Part shown: one piece after another, positions 10,920 to 23,299 of the stretch
Layout of the letters: each line of letters opens with the position of its first letter
Numbering within the stretch: position 1 is the first letter of the stretch
Source of the DNA: Eledone cirrhosa
Taxonomy: Eukaryota
Direction of reading: 5' to 3'
DNA length: 64,000 nt
Assembly: GCA_964016885.1 (NCBI GenBank)
Contig: OZ024740.1
Location: 356,500,001-356,564,000 of the forward strand
Made by a program: the position numbers and the translations under genes
The notes under the pieces: model-generated
What the model was told of the DNA's origin: nothing
What the model saw: only the letters and a program-made list of their open reading frames with translations
Database searches by the model: none

Positions 10920-13900
10920 TGGTGATAATGCCACACAAGAGCCAAGTGGAGTGACGCAACCACCGGAGACGGTGAATCCACAGATGGTTATGTAACCATA
11001 CATTCGCCAATCCTCGATAAGAGTGTTTAAATATCGAACCTAAACAGTTCGAATAACGGTGAAATGGAGACTAGAACGTCATGTGACAGACTCTCACCCA
11101 ACAGGTGCTCCCTGGCTCAGCAGCAGGAACCTGGCTGTCAACCAAATACTGCTGGTGTCGGGGGAAGAAGAAGAAGGAAAGGGACCAGAACCAACTGGAT
11201 GAAAGAATTGAATAGAACTGTTATGCAATGTTACCTGAAAAGTAACCCCAAGGAGAGGGGCTATAGGAGACGAATGCATAACATCTGGAACGAGATTGGT
11301 CTATTTAAATTAGATGAACAAAAATTGGTCGGGCAGGCTCGGGTAATAAGAACTAATGGGTGGATAAGCGAGCTGGAACTGGAGGAACTGAGCAGAGAGA
11401 TTAGCTTGGAGATGGAGGGTGGAGTATGCCAGGCAAACGAGCCAGTGGGAAATGAAGGTGAAGAGGTCGAGAGAACGGAGGAACCACCCGAAGCAGACAA
11501 TGATCTGAATACTGAGATAAATAATACCTGGAACAGAGATACGGCCACTGAGGAGATGAATGCTGACGGGCTAGGACAAGATTCGGTTGACATCCTAAAT
11601 TTAGTGGTGGATGAATTGAACAATGATAGTGAGAGACCTATGAACCTAAGATTTGTAGACAGGAAAAAGTTAAAAGAAACAACAGCTAAGGTAAACAAAG
11701 TCATCCCATACCTTGAGGCGAGGAGCCTTCACCAGTGCAACAATATCCTCAAAGCAACAGCAAATACGGTGAGGAAACTACTTGGTATAAAAGCGAGAGG
11801 AAACAACAGACAAGAAAGAGCAGAGCCTTGGTGGAAGAAATGACTGAGTGGTCAAATCAGGGAAATGAGAAATGACATTGGAAAGCTTGAGTCACTACTG
11901 AATGGGACACTAAAAAACATAGGCACTAAAAATAGACTGGAAATAAAGTACAAAACTAGGAGGAAAAAGCTAAATATTATCATAGAGGAACTGAAGCAAC
12001 GCATTGTAGCAAAGAGTGCAAAAATCAGGCGATACGAGAACAGAGTCAGTCAGTATAAACAGAACCGCATGTTCGACAACAACCAGAAGATGCTGTTTGG
12101 ACAGCTTGAGGGGAAAGAAAGAGGCAACGACTTGATCCCTGAGGCGGAACAAACTAAAACATTCTGGAGAGGAATATGGGAGCAGGATGTTAGACATAAT
12201 GACCAGGCAGGGTGGATTGAGACAGTACAGAGGGAGATCGGTGAGCAGGCACACCAACAAACTGATTTGAGTATCACAGTTGAAACTCTTAAGGGGCAGG
12301 CCAAAAAACTAACCAACTGGAAATCACCAGGCTCAGATGGTGTGCAGGGGTATTGGATTAAAAATATAACATCCCTCCACCCGAAACTGACAACCATGTT
12401 CAATGACTGCTTGATGTCAGGTGAGGTACCAGAGTGGTTGACAAAAGGTACCACAGTTCTGATAATGAAAGACCGAATCAAGGGTAATGATGTTACCAAC
12501 TATAGACCTATCACATGTCTGTCCGTAATGTGGAAACTGTTGACGAGCATTGTGTCTGAGGAAATCTACCATCACCTCCACACAAACAACTTGTTACCGG
12601 ACGAACAGAAATGATGCCGAAAGAAGTCACGTGGTACAAAGGACCAGTTACTTATTGATAAGATGGTAATGGGGAATTGCAGGAGGAGACACACTGATCT
12701 TGCCATGGGATGGATAGACTACAGAAAGGAATTTGACATGGTGCCTCATTCTTGGATCACCAAAAGCCTGGAGATCTTCAAGGTGGCAGATAACATCAGA
12801 CAGTTGTTGGGCAGGAGTATGAGGTCCTGGGAAATAGAGTTAACATCAACTGGAGAATCCTTGGGAAGCGTGAAGATCAAGAGAGGTATCTTCCAGGGAG
12901 ATAGCCTGTCCCCTCTGTTGTTTGTCCTTGCCCTGATGCCCCTGACCAGTGTACTGCGAAAAGTGAGAGCAGGATACGGGTTGGGAAAGGGAGGGCTTAC
13001 CATCAATCACCTCCTCTTCATGGACGATGTTAAGCTCTTCGGGAAGAGTGAGAAGGAGTTGGATGTGCTTGTTGACACTGTCCGTATTTTCAGCAGTGAT
13101 ATATGTATGCAGTTTGGTATTAGTAAGTGTGGAGTCATTGTGATGAGGAGGGGTAGGCTGAGCAGAAGTAACGGAATCCAGATATCAACAGGTGAGATGA
13201 TAAAGGAAATTGACTCTGAGGAAGGATACAAGTATTTGGGCGTTCTGGAGGCTGATGCCATAAAGAGCAAAAAAATGAAGGAATTGTTAAGAAATGAATA
13301 CATTCGGAGAGTAAGGAGGGTATTGAAGTCACATCTGAGCAGCAGAAATGCCATAAGCGCAGTAAATTCCCGAGCTGTGTCTATTATTAGGTACAGTGGG
13401 GGAATTCTGAGATGGAATGTTGCTGAACAAAAAGAAATGGATAGGAAGACTAGGAAGCTATTGACTATCTACAACATGTTCCACAAGAGGAGTGATGTCG
13501 ATAGACTCTACTTAAGGAGATCTGAGGGTGGAAGAGGTCTTATCAGCATAGAGGACTGTGTTCAGATGGAGAAAAACAACCTACACAAATACGTGACTGA
13601 TAGTAAGGAGCCAATGCTAAGAACTGTACTGAAGGAGGGGACAATAGGCCAGGGGATGTCCAAGGAAGAAATAACATCAAGGAGAAAGAGCAGCCTTCAG
13701 GAAAAATCCCTTCATAGTACCTTCTTTGAGAAAACTGAATTTAAAGATCCACAGACATGGAACTGGTTGAGAAGAGGAGACCTTAAAAAGGCTACAGAAG
13801 GAATGTTAATGGCTGCGCAGGAGCAGGCCCTCAAAACGAAGTTGTTGAAACACCATATTCACAAGGAGGAGGCTAGCCCACTGTGCAGGATCTGTGGAGA

Positions 13901-14533
13901 GAGAGAGGAGACTGTGGCTCACATTGTATCCGAGTGTAAACACCTAGCCCAGACCCACTATAAGGGCTGGAGACATGATGTGATGGACAGCGTGATCCAC
14001 TGGCACCTGTGCAAAGTAAACAATTTACCACATTCTGAGTAGTGGTATGAGCATAAGCCAGAGGCGGTGATGGAGAACGATCAGGTGAAGGTGCTGTGGG
14101 ATTTTAGGATACAGACGGACAAGAAACTGGAACACAATAGACCTGACCTGGTGGTTGTGGACAAAGAAAAAATATCGTGTCTGATTGTGGATGTGGCCTG
14201 CCCATTCGACACGAGAGTGCAAGAGAAGGAGAGGGAGAAAATTAACCGATACCAGGACTTAAAGTGGGAGGTAAAAAGGATTTGGAACTGCCATGAAGTC
14301 AAAGTGATCCCGATTGTCATAGGCGCACTGGGGACTATCTCCAAAAGTTTCCAGGGATGGTTAAAGAAAATCGGCCCCTTCACGCTTTTTGGAACGCTTC
14401 AAAAGGCATGCCTAGCTGGGAACAGCAAGAAACCTCCGATACGTCCTGAATATCTGAGGCTGCAGGTAGTGGCTTGATATTCATTCCAACGGACTTTCCA
14501 GTTAACTAACATCAATGACTGAGATTCAAGGAA

Positions 14534-14574
<41 letters not shown>
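10920..14574 (+). mobile_element. R4/Dong-like RLE non-LTR retrotransposon, family A, near full length (5' end approximate)
   Basis: A single long decayed ORF, a short 3' UTR and a (TAA)n tail at 14535-14574. Confidence 0.88.
11064..14457 (+). pseudogene. Dong-like family A polyprotein (RT, CCHC, restriction-like endonuclease), decayed
   Basis: N-terminal WMKELN..MQCY motif; [31 protein letters not shown]; CRIC..H..C, RHD, RPDLVVVD..IVDVACP, KINRY. Stops at 11841, 12612 and 14040 and a frameshift near 14411. Confidence 0.9.
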
Positions 14575-14576
<2 letters not shown>

Positions 14577-15277
14577 CAAAACGAAGTGGTTGAAGCACCA
14601 TATCTACAAGAAGGAGGCTAGCCCACTGTGCAGGATCTGTGGAGAGAGAGAGAAGACTGTGGCTCACATTGTGTCCGAGTGTAAACACCTAGCCCAGACC
14701 CACTATAAGGGCTGGAGACACGATGTGATAGGCAGGGTGATCCACTGGCACCTGTGCAAAGTAAACAATTTACCACATTCTGAGAAATGTTATGAGCATA
14801 GGCCAGAGGCGGTGATGGAGAACAATCAGGTGAAGGTGCTGTGGGATTTTAGGATACAGACGGACAAAAAACTGGAACACAATAGACCTGACCTGGTGGT
14901 TGTGGACAAAGAAAAAAGATCGTGTCTGATTGTGGATGTGGCCTGCCCGTTCGACACGAGAGTGCAAGAGAAGGAGAGGGAGAAAATTAACCGATACCAG
15001 GACTTAAAGTGGGAGGTAAAAAGGATTTGGAACTGCCATGAAGTCAAAGTGATCCCGATTGTCATAGGCGCACTGGGGACTATCTCCAAAAGTTTCCAGG
15101 GATGGTTAAAGAAAATCGGCCCCTTCACGCTTTTTGGAACGCTTCAAAAGGCATGCTAGCTGGGAACAGCAAGAAACCTCCGATACGTCCTGAATATCTG
15201 AGGCTGCAGGTAGTGGCTTGATATTCATTCCAACGGACTTTCCAGTTAACTAACATCAATGACTTAGATTCAAGGAA

Positions 15278-15315
<38 letters not shown>
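14575..15315 (+). mobile_element. 5'-truncated copy of Dong-like A (CCHC-RLE, 3' UTR, TAA tail)
   Basis: Matches about 13830-14574 and ends in (TAA)n. Confidence 0.9.
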
Positions 15316-15317
<2 letters not shown>

Positions 15318-16056
15318 CCACAAAACGAAGTGGTTGAAGCACCATATCTACAAGGAGGAGGCTAGCCCACTGTGCAGGATCTGTGGAGAGAGAGAGGAGA
15401 CTGTGGCTCACATTGTGTCCGAGTGTAAACACCTAGCCCAGACCCACTATAAGGGCTGGAGACACGATGTGATGGGCAGGGTGATCCACTGGCACCTGTG
15501 CAAAGTAAACAATTTACCACATTCTGAGAAATGGTATGAGCATAGGCCAGAGGCGGTGATGGAGAACAATCAGGTGAAGGTGCTGTGGGATTTTAGGATA
15601 CAGACGGACAAAAAACTGGAACACAATAGACCTGACCTGGTGGTTGTGGACAAAGAAAAAAGATCGTGTCTGATTGTGGATGTGGCCTGCCCGTTCGACA
15701 CGAGAGTGCAAGAGAAGGAGAAGGAGAAAATTAACCGATACCAGGACCTAAAGTGGGAGGTGAAAAGGATTTGGAACTGCCATGAAGTCAAAGTGATCCC
15801 GATTGTCATAGGCGCACTGGGGACTATCTCCCAAAGTTTCCAGGGATGGTTAAAGAAAATCAGCCCCTTCACGCTTTTTGGAACGCTTCAAAAGGCATGC
15901 TTGCTTGGAACAGCAAGAACCCTTCGATACGTCCTGAATATCTGAGGCTGCAGGTAGTGGCTTGATATTCAATCCAACGGACTTTCCAGTTAACCAACAT
16001 CAATGACTGAGATTCAAGGAATAACAACAATAATAATAATAATAATAATAATAATA
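15316..16056 (+). mobile_element. Second 5'-truncated copy of Dong-like A with an open RLE frame
   Basis: ORF 15334-15945 ends ...QKACLLGTARTLRYVLNI*. It has essentially the same truncation point as the preceding copy and a TAA tail. Confidence 0.9.
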
Positions 16057-16327
16057 ACTGCCATGAAGTTAAAGTGGTCCCGATTGTCACAGGCGCACTA
16101 GGTACTATCTCAAAGAGTTTCCAAGTATGGTTAAAGAAAATTGGGCCCACCCCGCTTTATGGAACACTTCAAAAGGCATGCTTGCTGGGAACAGCAAGAA
16201 CCCTCCGATACGTCCTGAATATCTGAGGCTGCAGGTAGTGGCTTGATATTCATTTCAACAAACTTTCCAGTTAAATAACATCAATGACTGAGATTCAAAG
16301 AACAATAATAATAATAATAATAATAAT
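16057..16327 (+). mobile_element. Third, short and more diverged 3' fragment of Dong-like A
   Basis: Starts at actgccatgaag (the NCHEVK codons), followed by the 3' UTR and (TAA)n at 16301-16327. Confidence 0.85.
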
Positions 16328-16575
16328 GATTTCTTTATTAACCACAAGGGTTTACATAAAGTAGACATTAAGGACAGTGCAGGACAATGCAGGACGGTAC
16401 AAATGGGCATTTCTGCGTGTAAAAAACAAAAACAGAGGATGTAACAAAAAATAACAATGAAAAATTCCCCAATAGGGGGGAGACTTCGGAGGGACATTTG
16501 TGGAGAAAGCCCAGTAAAGCCACAATGACCCTGACCACCAAGGCAAGTGCCCTCTCCCAGTTTTCCACCTTTAAT

Positions 16576-19500
16576 TTACAGATATATGCTCAGAGTAGGC
16601 CCATTCACTCGGGCCATTCTTGCTTCTCTCACGCATCTTTCAACAAAATTCTGGGAAGAGAGCACTTCCCTCTCTACTCTGATTTTCCTTTTCAAATGAA
16701 ATTTGAAAAAGTCAATCAGAGCATCACCGAAGAGGTAAGTGCTCGTCTTCAGCCCTTTCAAACGTGTCCACCATACTATCTCTTTCGCCATGGCCACCAG
16801 ACAGATAAAAACTGCCTGCCCTTCCCGGCTAAAGGAGGAGGGCGGGGCAATCCTCACGATGGACTCAGATGATAGCCGGATCCGTCCTAAACGCGACAGC
16901 AGGTGTTCGACATAAACCCACAAGTCAGCAATTTTCGGACACTGGACGAGTGCGTGCAGGACGGTTTCGTCGCCCTGCACGCATCTCGGACATGCCCGGC
17001 TGACGGCACCTCCATGCCTGTAGAGTTTATCCCGAACTGGCAAGGCTCCTCGGTACCACTGCCAGGCCAGATATTTCTGGAAGTTGTCCATAGGCCCTGG
17101 CCCGAAAGTGCTTCCGAAGAGATTGGCTAGTTGATTTTCGTCGACGCCTAGAGTTTCCCCAAGTACGTCGTCGCTCTTCCCCTCCACTAATCCTCTATAG
17201 AACGCCGAGGTGGAGTTTCCACCGATCACATTGTCCGATTGGTCGAGGGCTGTGAGCGCCTGAAGACATTCCAGTCTCCAGGCGCTCCCTCTCGGTCTTC
17301 GCTTGACCCAGGACTGCAGCTCCGTCAAGGAAACGAGCTGGGAAAATACGTGTCTAGCAAACGGCAACCACACCTGATCACCGTCGAGGAAGAGGTGCAG
17401 ATGTCGTAGCCTGAGCGCGTGCCTGCGCATCATCATCCACGGCATGCCCAGCCCTCCACGTAGCGGGTGTTGACAACAGATGGACCGCCTGACCATCGGA
17501 GCACGTCCCTTCCACAAAAAGCGAAAGAGCAAACGCTCCAGCGCAGTCAGGCGAGGCTTAGGACAAGGTAAGACGGTCAGGCGGTAGCAGATGACAGACG
17601 CGATGTACGTGTTAGCCACCTCCGCTCGACCTTTCAGGGATAGCTTCCTCTCCGCCCATTTCTGGGTGAGAGAAGCCACCCTGCTCGTCACCTCGTCCCA
17701 GTTTTTGTCCGTCTGGAGGTCCGGACCGAACCAGACCCCTAGCAATTTAACCGGTCCGTCCGTCCAGCGTCCGACGACGCTGTTGGACGGCATGGACCTG
17801 CCTCTCCAGGTGCCGAGCTGCAGGCCCACTGACTTTTCCTGGTTGATCATTGCTCCTGTCACCGCTTCGTATTCTCTTAGTGTAGTGCCGATCGCCTCGA
17901 TGTGTTTGGCGTTCGACACCACTACGGTGACATCGTCCGCATATGCTGACACGGATCTTCCGCATCCTAGTTCGCGCGGGACTCCCCTCAACGTCTCCAG
18001 TTTGTGCAGTAATGGCTCGAGAGTCAATACGTACAAGAGGGACGAGAGGGGACATCCTTGGCGGACCGAGCGCATGATGTTGAACGGTTCCGACAGGTGA
18101 CCGTTCACTCTCACCACAGAGCAGATGTCACTGTGCATGGCAGCGATCCAGCCTCTGAAGACGGGCCCAAAGCCAGCCTCCCTCAGGACTGCCGCTAGGT
18201 AACGATGGTCGACCCTATCGAGAGCTTTTGACTGATCTAAATTGATCAAGGACCCACCCGTGCCAGGTTCCTTAGCTACCCTCTCTATGATGTATCGCAT
18301 GAGGTGGAGGTTGTCGTGGATGGATCTGTCGGGAATGGCGCATGTCTGCGCCTCTCCCACCAGACCACCAACGACAAGCGCCAACCTCTTTGCTAGAACC
18401 TTGGCCAAAATCTTGAACTCTGTGTTTAGCAGAGTTATGGGCCGGAAATTATCTATGTTATCCCCCTTGTTCGGATCCTTTCTCAGCAGTGCCCCCGCTC
18501 CTCGGCTCACAGAACTGGGAATTCTCCCGTTCTGTTGCCAGTTGCAGTAGACGTCTGCCAAGAGGCCTCCGAACAAGTCTGGCATCTGTACGTAAAGTTC
18601 ATAGGGCAGACCATCCAAACCAGGCGATTTACCCCTTGTGCAGCCAGTCATTGCCTCCCTTACTTCAGCGGCTGTTATCGGCTTTTCGCAACACCTCGCC
18701 TCAGTGGCCGAGAGCCGCGGCAGTCCGTCGAGGTAGACACTAAAGTCAATCCCTCTACCCGGCCCACCGCTGCCCCCGAACAGCTGAGCGAAGTGTCGCT
18801 GAAAAGCTTCACACATTTGCCCGGGATCGAGTAGCATGCGCCCGTCGTGGTCCACCAAAGACCGGATCGTGGCTTTGTTGCCACGACGCGCCTCCGCCAC
18901 TCGGGCCCATTGAACGGCTTTCGTCCCCTCGTGTCTGAGAGCACGCACCCTTGCTCTGACAACGCAGCCTTCGTGCTTTACATTGAAGAATTGGTCAAGG
19001 GCCAATTTCGCCGCAAGCACGTCGGTCGCAATGCCTTTGCTAAGCGCCTCGTCTAATTTTCTAACTAATTCTCCCTCTGCTATATTTTTCTCTATTGCTA
19101 AAGCCTTACTAAACCTAATCGATTCTATTCTAATCGCTTTTTTCAGAGCAAACCACCACTTGTTGTTGACGATGGCCCCCGTCAACGCCCGCTTAACTAG
19201 TTCGCTAATCCGGTCTCTGTAGGCCTTGCGCGCTGGTAAGGACGCGTTTAGCTTCCAGTAGCCGGGTCCTCGTCTATGAAGCCTATCTAAGTCAAGCACA
19301 CAGATCACGAATTTGTGGTCCGTGTAGCTGACTATCTTGAATTGTGGACAGCCTATGCCAGACCTATCTATTTCCCTACAAAATACTCTATCTAGATATG
19401 ATCTGGATGACCCTATGCGATTTGTCCAAGTCCACATTGGCACATTCGGGAAATCCAATCGGTACCTGTCAGACAGTTCAAAACGCCTGAGCAGGTTGGT

Positions 19501-19995
19501 GAGGCTCTTGCACCCTCCACCCCTATCCGCTAATCCCACACAGTCCCAGCGTGCATCTAAGATCCCGTTCCAGTCGCCCACTAACACTAAAGAGCGGGAC
19601 GTTCCAAGAAAGGTCTCCAGACACCGGAAGAAATCAGGCTGCCCTGCTCCTGTCGGGGCATAGACGGCCACTAGCCTGAAAGCTTGCCCGTCTCCGCTGG
19701 TCACGTCCAGCACCACCAGCTTACCCTCTGGGTCCAGGAAGATGGCCCGTATGGCGAGATCCAAACCTCTCCGAAAAAGCACAGCAACTCATCCACCCGA
19801 TCCAGGACGGCTGGGAGATGCGTACACATCGTAGCCGCCGAAGATCGGTGCGAAGGCCCGTGCTTCGGAGATTCTGGTCTCGCTGATGGCCACTACATCT
19901 ATGTTTAGTGACCTGAGGTCGTTGAGCAGATGACCCTGCTTCCATGACGACCCCAAGCCACGCGCATTTATGCTGCCTATTCTAAGTGAGGTCAT
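16576..19995 (-). pseudogene. Tx1 copy 2 ORF2 (APE-RT-CCHC), with an in-frame TGA at 19789-19791
   Basis: Same motifs as copy 1. About 30 amino-acid differences in 1068 by my count, with no frameshift. Confidence 0.93.
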
Positions 19996-20030
19996 GTTTA
20001 AAATAGAGTGGAAAAGATGGGAAAGACCAC

Positions 20031-22124
20031 TTACCGTACTTTTGGTAGAGGAGGGATGGTTTTTACATCCCTTTTCACTTGATCGTCTGGTGAAGGGACC
20101 GTTGAATCGTCCCTTCGGCTGGTCGTCGGCTCTTCTAAGAGAATGTCTGAATATACTCTTCGATTGATGGTTCCTCCTAGGTCCCTGAAATCACCAACTG
20201 CGTTGGGGAATTTCGTTTTAATGTTTGTGTATTGTTTCTGTGCTATTTTTAGCAGTCTTATGTGAGTTGGCGTTTTGATTGGTGCTGGTATTATGTAGTC
20301 CTGTTGTGAAATGTCTGTGTGTTCAATTATGTAAGTCATTAGTTTCTTGTTGTGTGTATTTATTGCCGTGCATTTGTTTTTCTGGGGGTGGGGTGTGGTT
20401 CTGCTATTTTCTTGTCGTTGTTACTGGGTGTGTGTGTTTTGTTGTGTTTGCGATGTTGGTGCTTGTGGCGGTGGTGTTGAAGGTGTTGTTGGCGGTGGGG
20501 TTGTCGCCGGTGGTGATGGTGGTGCTAGTGTGGGTGGTGATGGTGTTGGTGGTGTTGCTGCTGTGGGTCTCTTTGCAGTAGACTTTACCCTTTTCTCATT
20601 TCTTTCCTCCCTTTTCAAAGGCGACGATGCGCTGCTTCTGCGTTTGTGCCTTCTTACGACCTTTTGCCATCCCTCTCCCACCTCACACTCCATGTCTGAT
20701 TCTGTGAGGTCGGGGAGGGGTACCAGCTCCACTCTATCACTTGTTGTTGTTGGTGATGTTTGCACTGGAGTCTCTGTTGCAGCTGCATTTGGTATTGCTG
20801 TTGTTGTTGTTAATATTTCCACTGCTGCTGCTGTTTTTGATTTCCGTGGCGTGGGTATGGATGCCACGGACCTATCGTTCCTGGTTGCCGCTTGTCCTGT
20901 TGCTGGTAGCCGTGGAGCCGGATTCGGAAGGAGGGGGGTTTTCTCCTTTCTCAGGGTCTTCTCGTTGCAGAAGGCCCTGAGGTGAGTCTTCGATCCACAG
21001 CGAAAGCATTTCGGGCGTTTGCCCTCAACACTTATGGGCAGTTGAGTGCCGTTATCGAAGTCTATCACATCCGGGATAGCTTCGATGCACTCCTGGTTGG
21101 TTTGGATTAGCATCTCAATGGAGGTGCCGACCCAATCTTCTCTTACTTTTTTCTGTACTTGCAGTACAGTTGTTTTGTCCTCGATTCCGACGAGGACAGA
21201 CGCGGCCAGCCAAGAAGGGGCCATTCCGGGGGGGACGTGGGTCAGTTTGACCCTCACAATTTTTTGCCCGCAGTAGGAGGGCACCAACACCATTTCCTCG
21301 CTCCTTAGGGTCACTACGGATTGGGCCTTTGCCTCCTGGGCTGTGGCAAAAAGCACGTCCACGGTGGCATATTTTTTGCCTCGGGTGATGTGCGTTTTCC
21401 GCTTCCACACAGACCCCAAGGCTTTTTGTATTTGGGCCTCTGTGGCTCTTTCCACCCTACGGGATTTTGTACTTACTGTACGGTACGTGACCGTACAGTG
21501 CTGTTGGGTTTCGAAAAATGTTTCCGCTGCCTTGCAGATTGCTCGGTGTCCATTCTTTGTCACCATCTTCTTCGCTTCCTCTAATTCCTCATTTGTTATG
21601 AGGATTGTTTCCAAGTTTTTCGCAATACCTGCAAATGAGATTGGTTTTTCTATGCTGCTGTTGTTGTTGTTGTCGTCAGAGCTGCTGTTACTTTTGTTGT
21701 TGCTGCAGGTACTACGACTACTGCCTTCGCCGCTGTTGCTGTGGTTGTTGTTGCTGCTGCTAATGCTGTTGTTGTTTATGCTGCTGGTGATGCTGTTGCG
21801 GCTGCTACTGTTGTTTTCATTGTCACTGTTGCTGTTGTTATTACGGCTGCTACTGCTATTATTCCTGACGTCAGACGAATGAACTGGGTTTTCGTATTTC
21901 CCGCACACCTGTTTCGTCGCTGTCGTCGTCGTCGTGGAGAAACCTTGCACGCTTTGCACGAGACTTTTCTTTTCTTTCGTCGCTTGCGAAAGAGAAGGGA
22001 GAGAGAGAGACACATTTAAAGAAGGGAGGGAGAGAGACAATCTTCTCTCTGCTGTAGTGATGATTGAGGAAAAAGAAGACGGAATGAGTGGGAGTGACCT
22101 ATGCAAATTCTTTTTCGTAGCCAT
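20031..22124 (-). pseudogene. Tx1 copy 2 ORF1 (gag knuckle), with a stop at 20421-20423
   Basis: Contains CFRCGSKTHLRAFC. The TAA here is CAA in copy 1, and the frame continues to ...PPLPKVR*. Confidence 0.85.
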
Positions 22125-23299
22125 GTTGTTTTTTTGTTAAAAATAAATATTGGGTACAAAACCCCAATAAGCAGTTATTTAACCCCGAAGGGCCAAATAA
22201 CGGGCAGAAAGACCCCTCTCGCGAGGAGGAGGGTGTTTTTGTCTACAAGTTGGTCTAAGTTTTAAACAATTTACAATTGTTAAAGCGTTCAAAATTTACA
22301 GTACCTTACAGAGCCAAGCCTCCGTCAACCATGGCATTCAATAATAATAATAATAATAATAAGGGGAAGAAGACGCACGAGGTGGTAGAACGTCACGAAA
22401 TTGCTCCCGTAAGTTTTTTGATTTTTAACATATTTAAATCAATTGTGAAAGAACAATTCTTAGCACAAATGTTGCATAAAGGCACCGAATGAGGTCCCAT
22501 AAAGTTTCGGATCCATATTATATTGTTGTATCGCTCAAATATTCAATTTTGTATTATATATTTTGTATTCAAAAAAAGAAAATGGTTATAAATGGAACAA
22601 AACACCCTCTGTCTACATTATATAGAACAGCGGCAATTTCAATTTCACCAACACCAGAAACTTGATACACTACCTATCCCATCACACTAAATATAACAGC
22701 CAGATAACGGCAATTTCACCGGCATCATAATAATAATTACTATTATTATTGTCTCAAATTTTAAAAAATGTTTAATTCAAATTTTACGGGAATATGTCAA
22801 CACAAAATATAATGAAAATATATATTAAACATACGAACACAAACTCATAGATACTATATCAGTAACCACAACACGACCGCTGCCACCACCCCACCACATC
22901 CATCATCGCCGCCACCACTCATTCAATGCTACTGACACTATTCCCCTGTTAACTTGAGAGAGAAAAGGGAAGGTGGCGGTAGCACTAGACAAGAGAGAGG
23001 CTAGCAAAAGATATAAATAGATTGACTTGGTGACCTTGCCACGGCCAAACGTCTACATCCACAATTATGGGACTGCTGGCTCACCCCTTCCTCACCAACA
23101 ATATAAAAAGCCCCGGCACCACCACCGACATAGCCAGCAGCAATAACAGCCAACTACAACAAAAAGTATATTATATTATTGTAATGCACTGGGTGATTGC
23201 TGGCCTTGTGCCTGGAGTGGAGACAATTATTAATAATTTCATTCTTAAGCCACGCAATGCTCACATTAAGGAACCACTCATGATAATAACAATTTAAAA

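Larger units (their letters stand above)
16328..22339 (-). mobile_element. Tx1/L1-clade LINE, copy 2, apparently full length
   Basis: Same termini as copy 1 (5' GAATGCCATGGTTGACGGAGGC; 3' AATAAAGAAATC-(ATT)n) with (AAT)n on both sides. Confidence 0.93.

Noticed and set aside
14535-16327. Repeat-spacer-like periodicity
   Set aside because: Not a CRISPR array: the repeats are TAA tails and the spacers are homologous LINE 3' ends.
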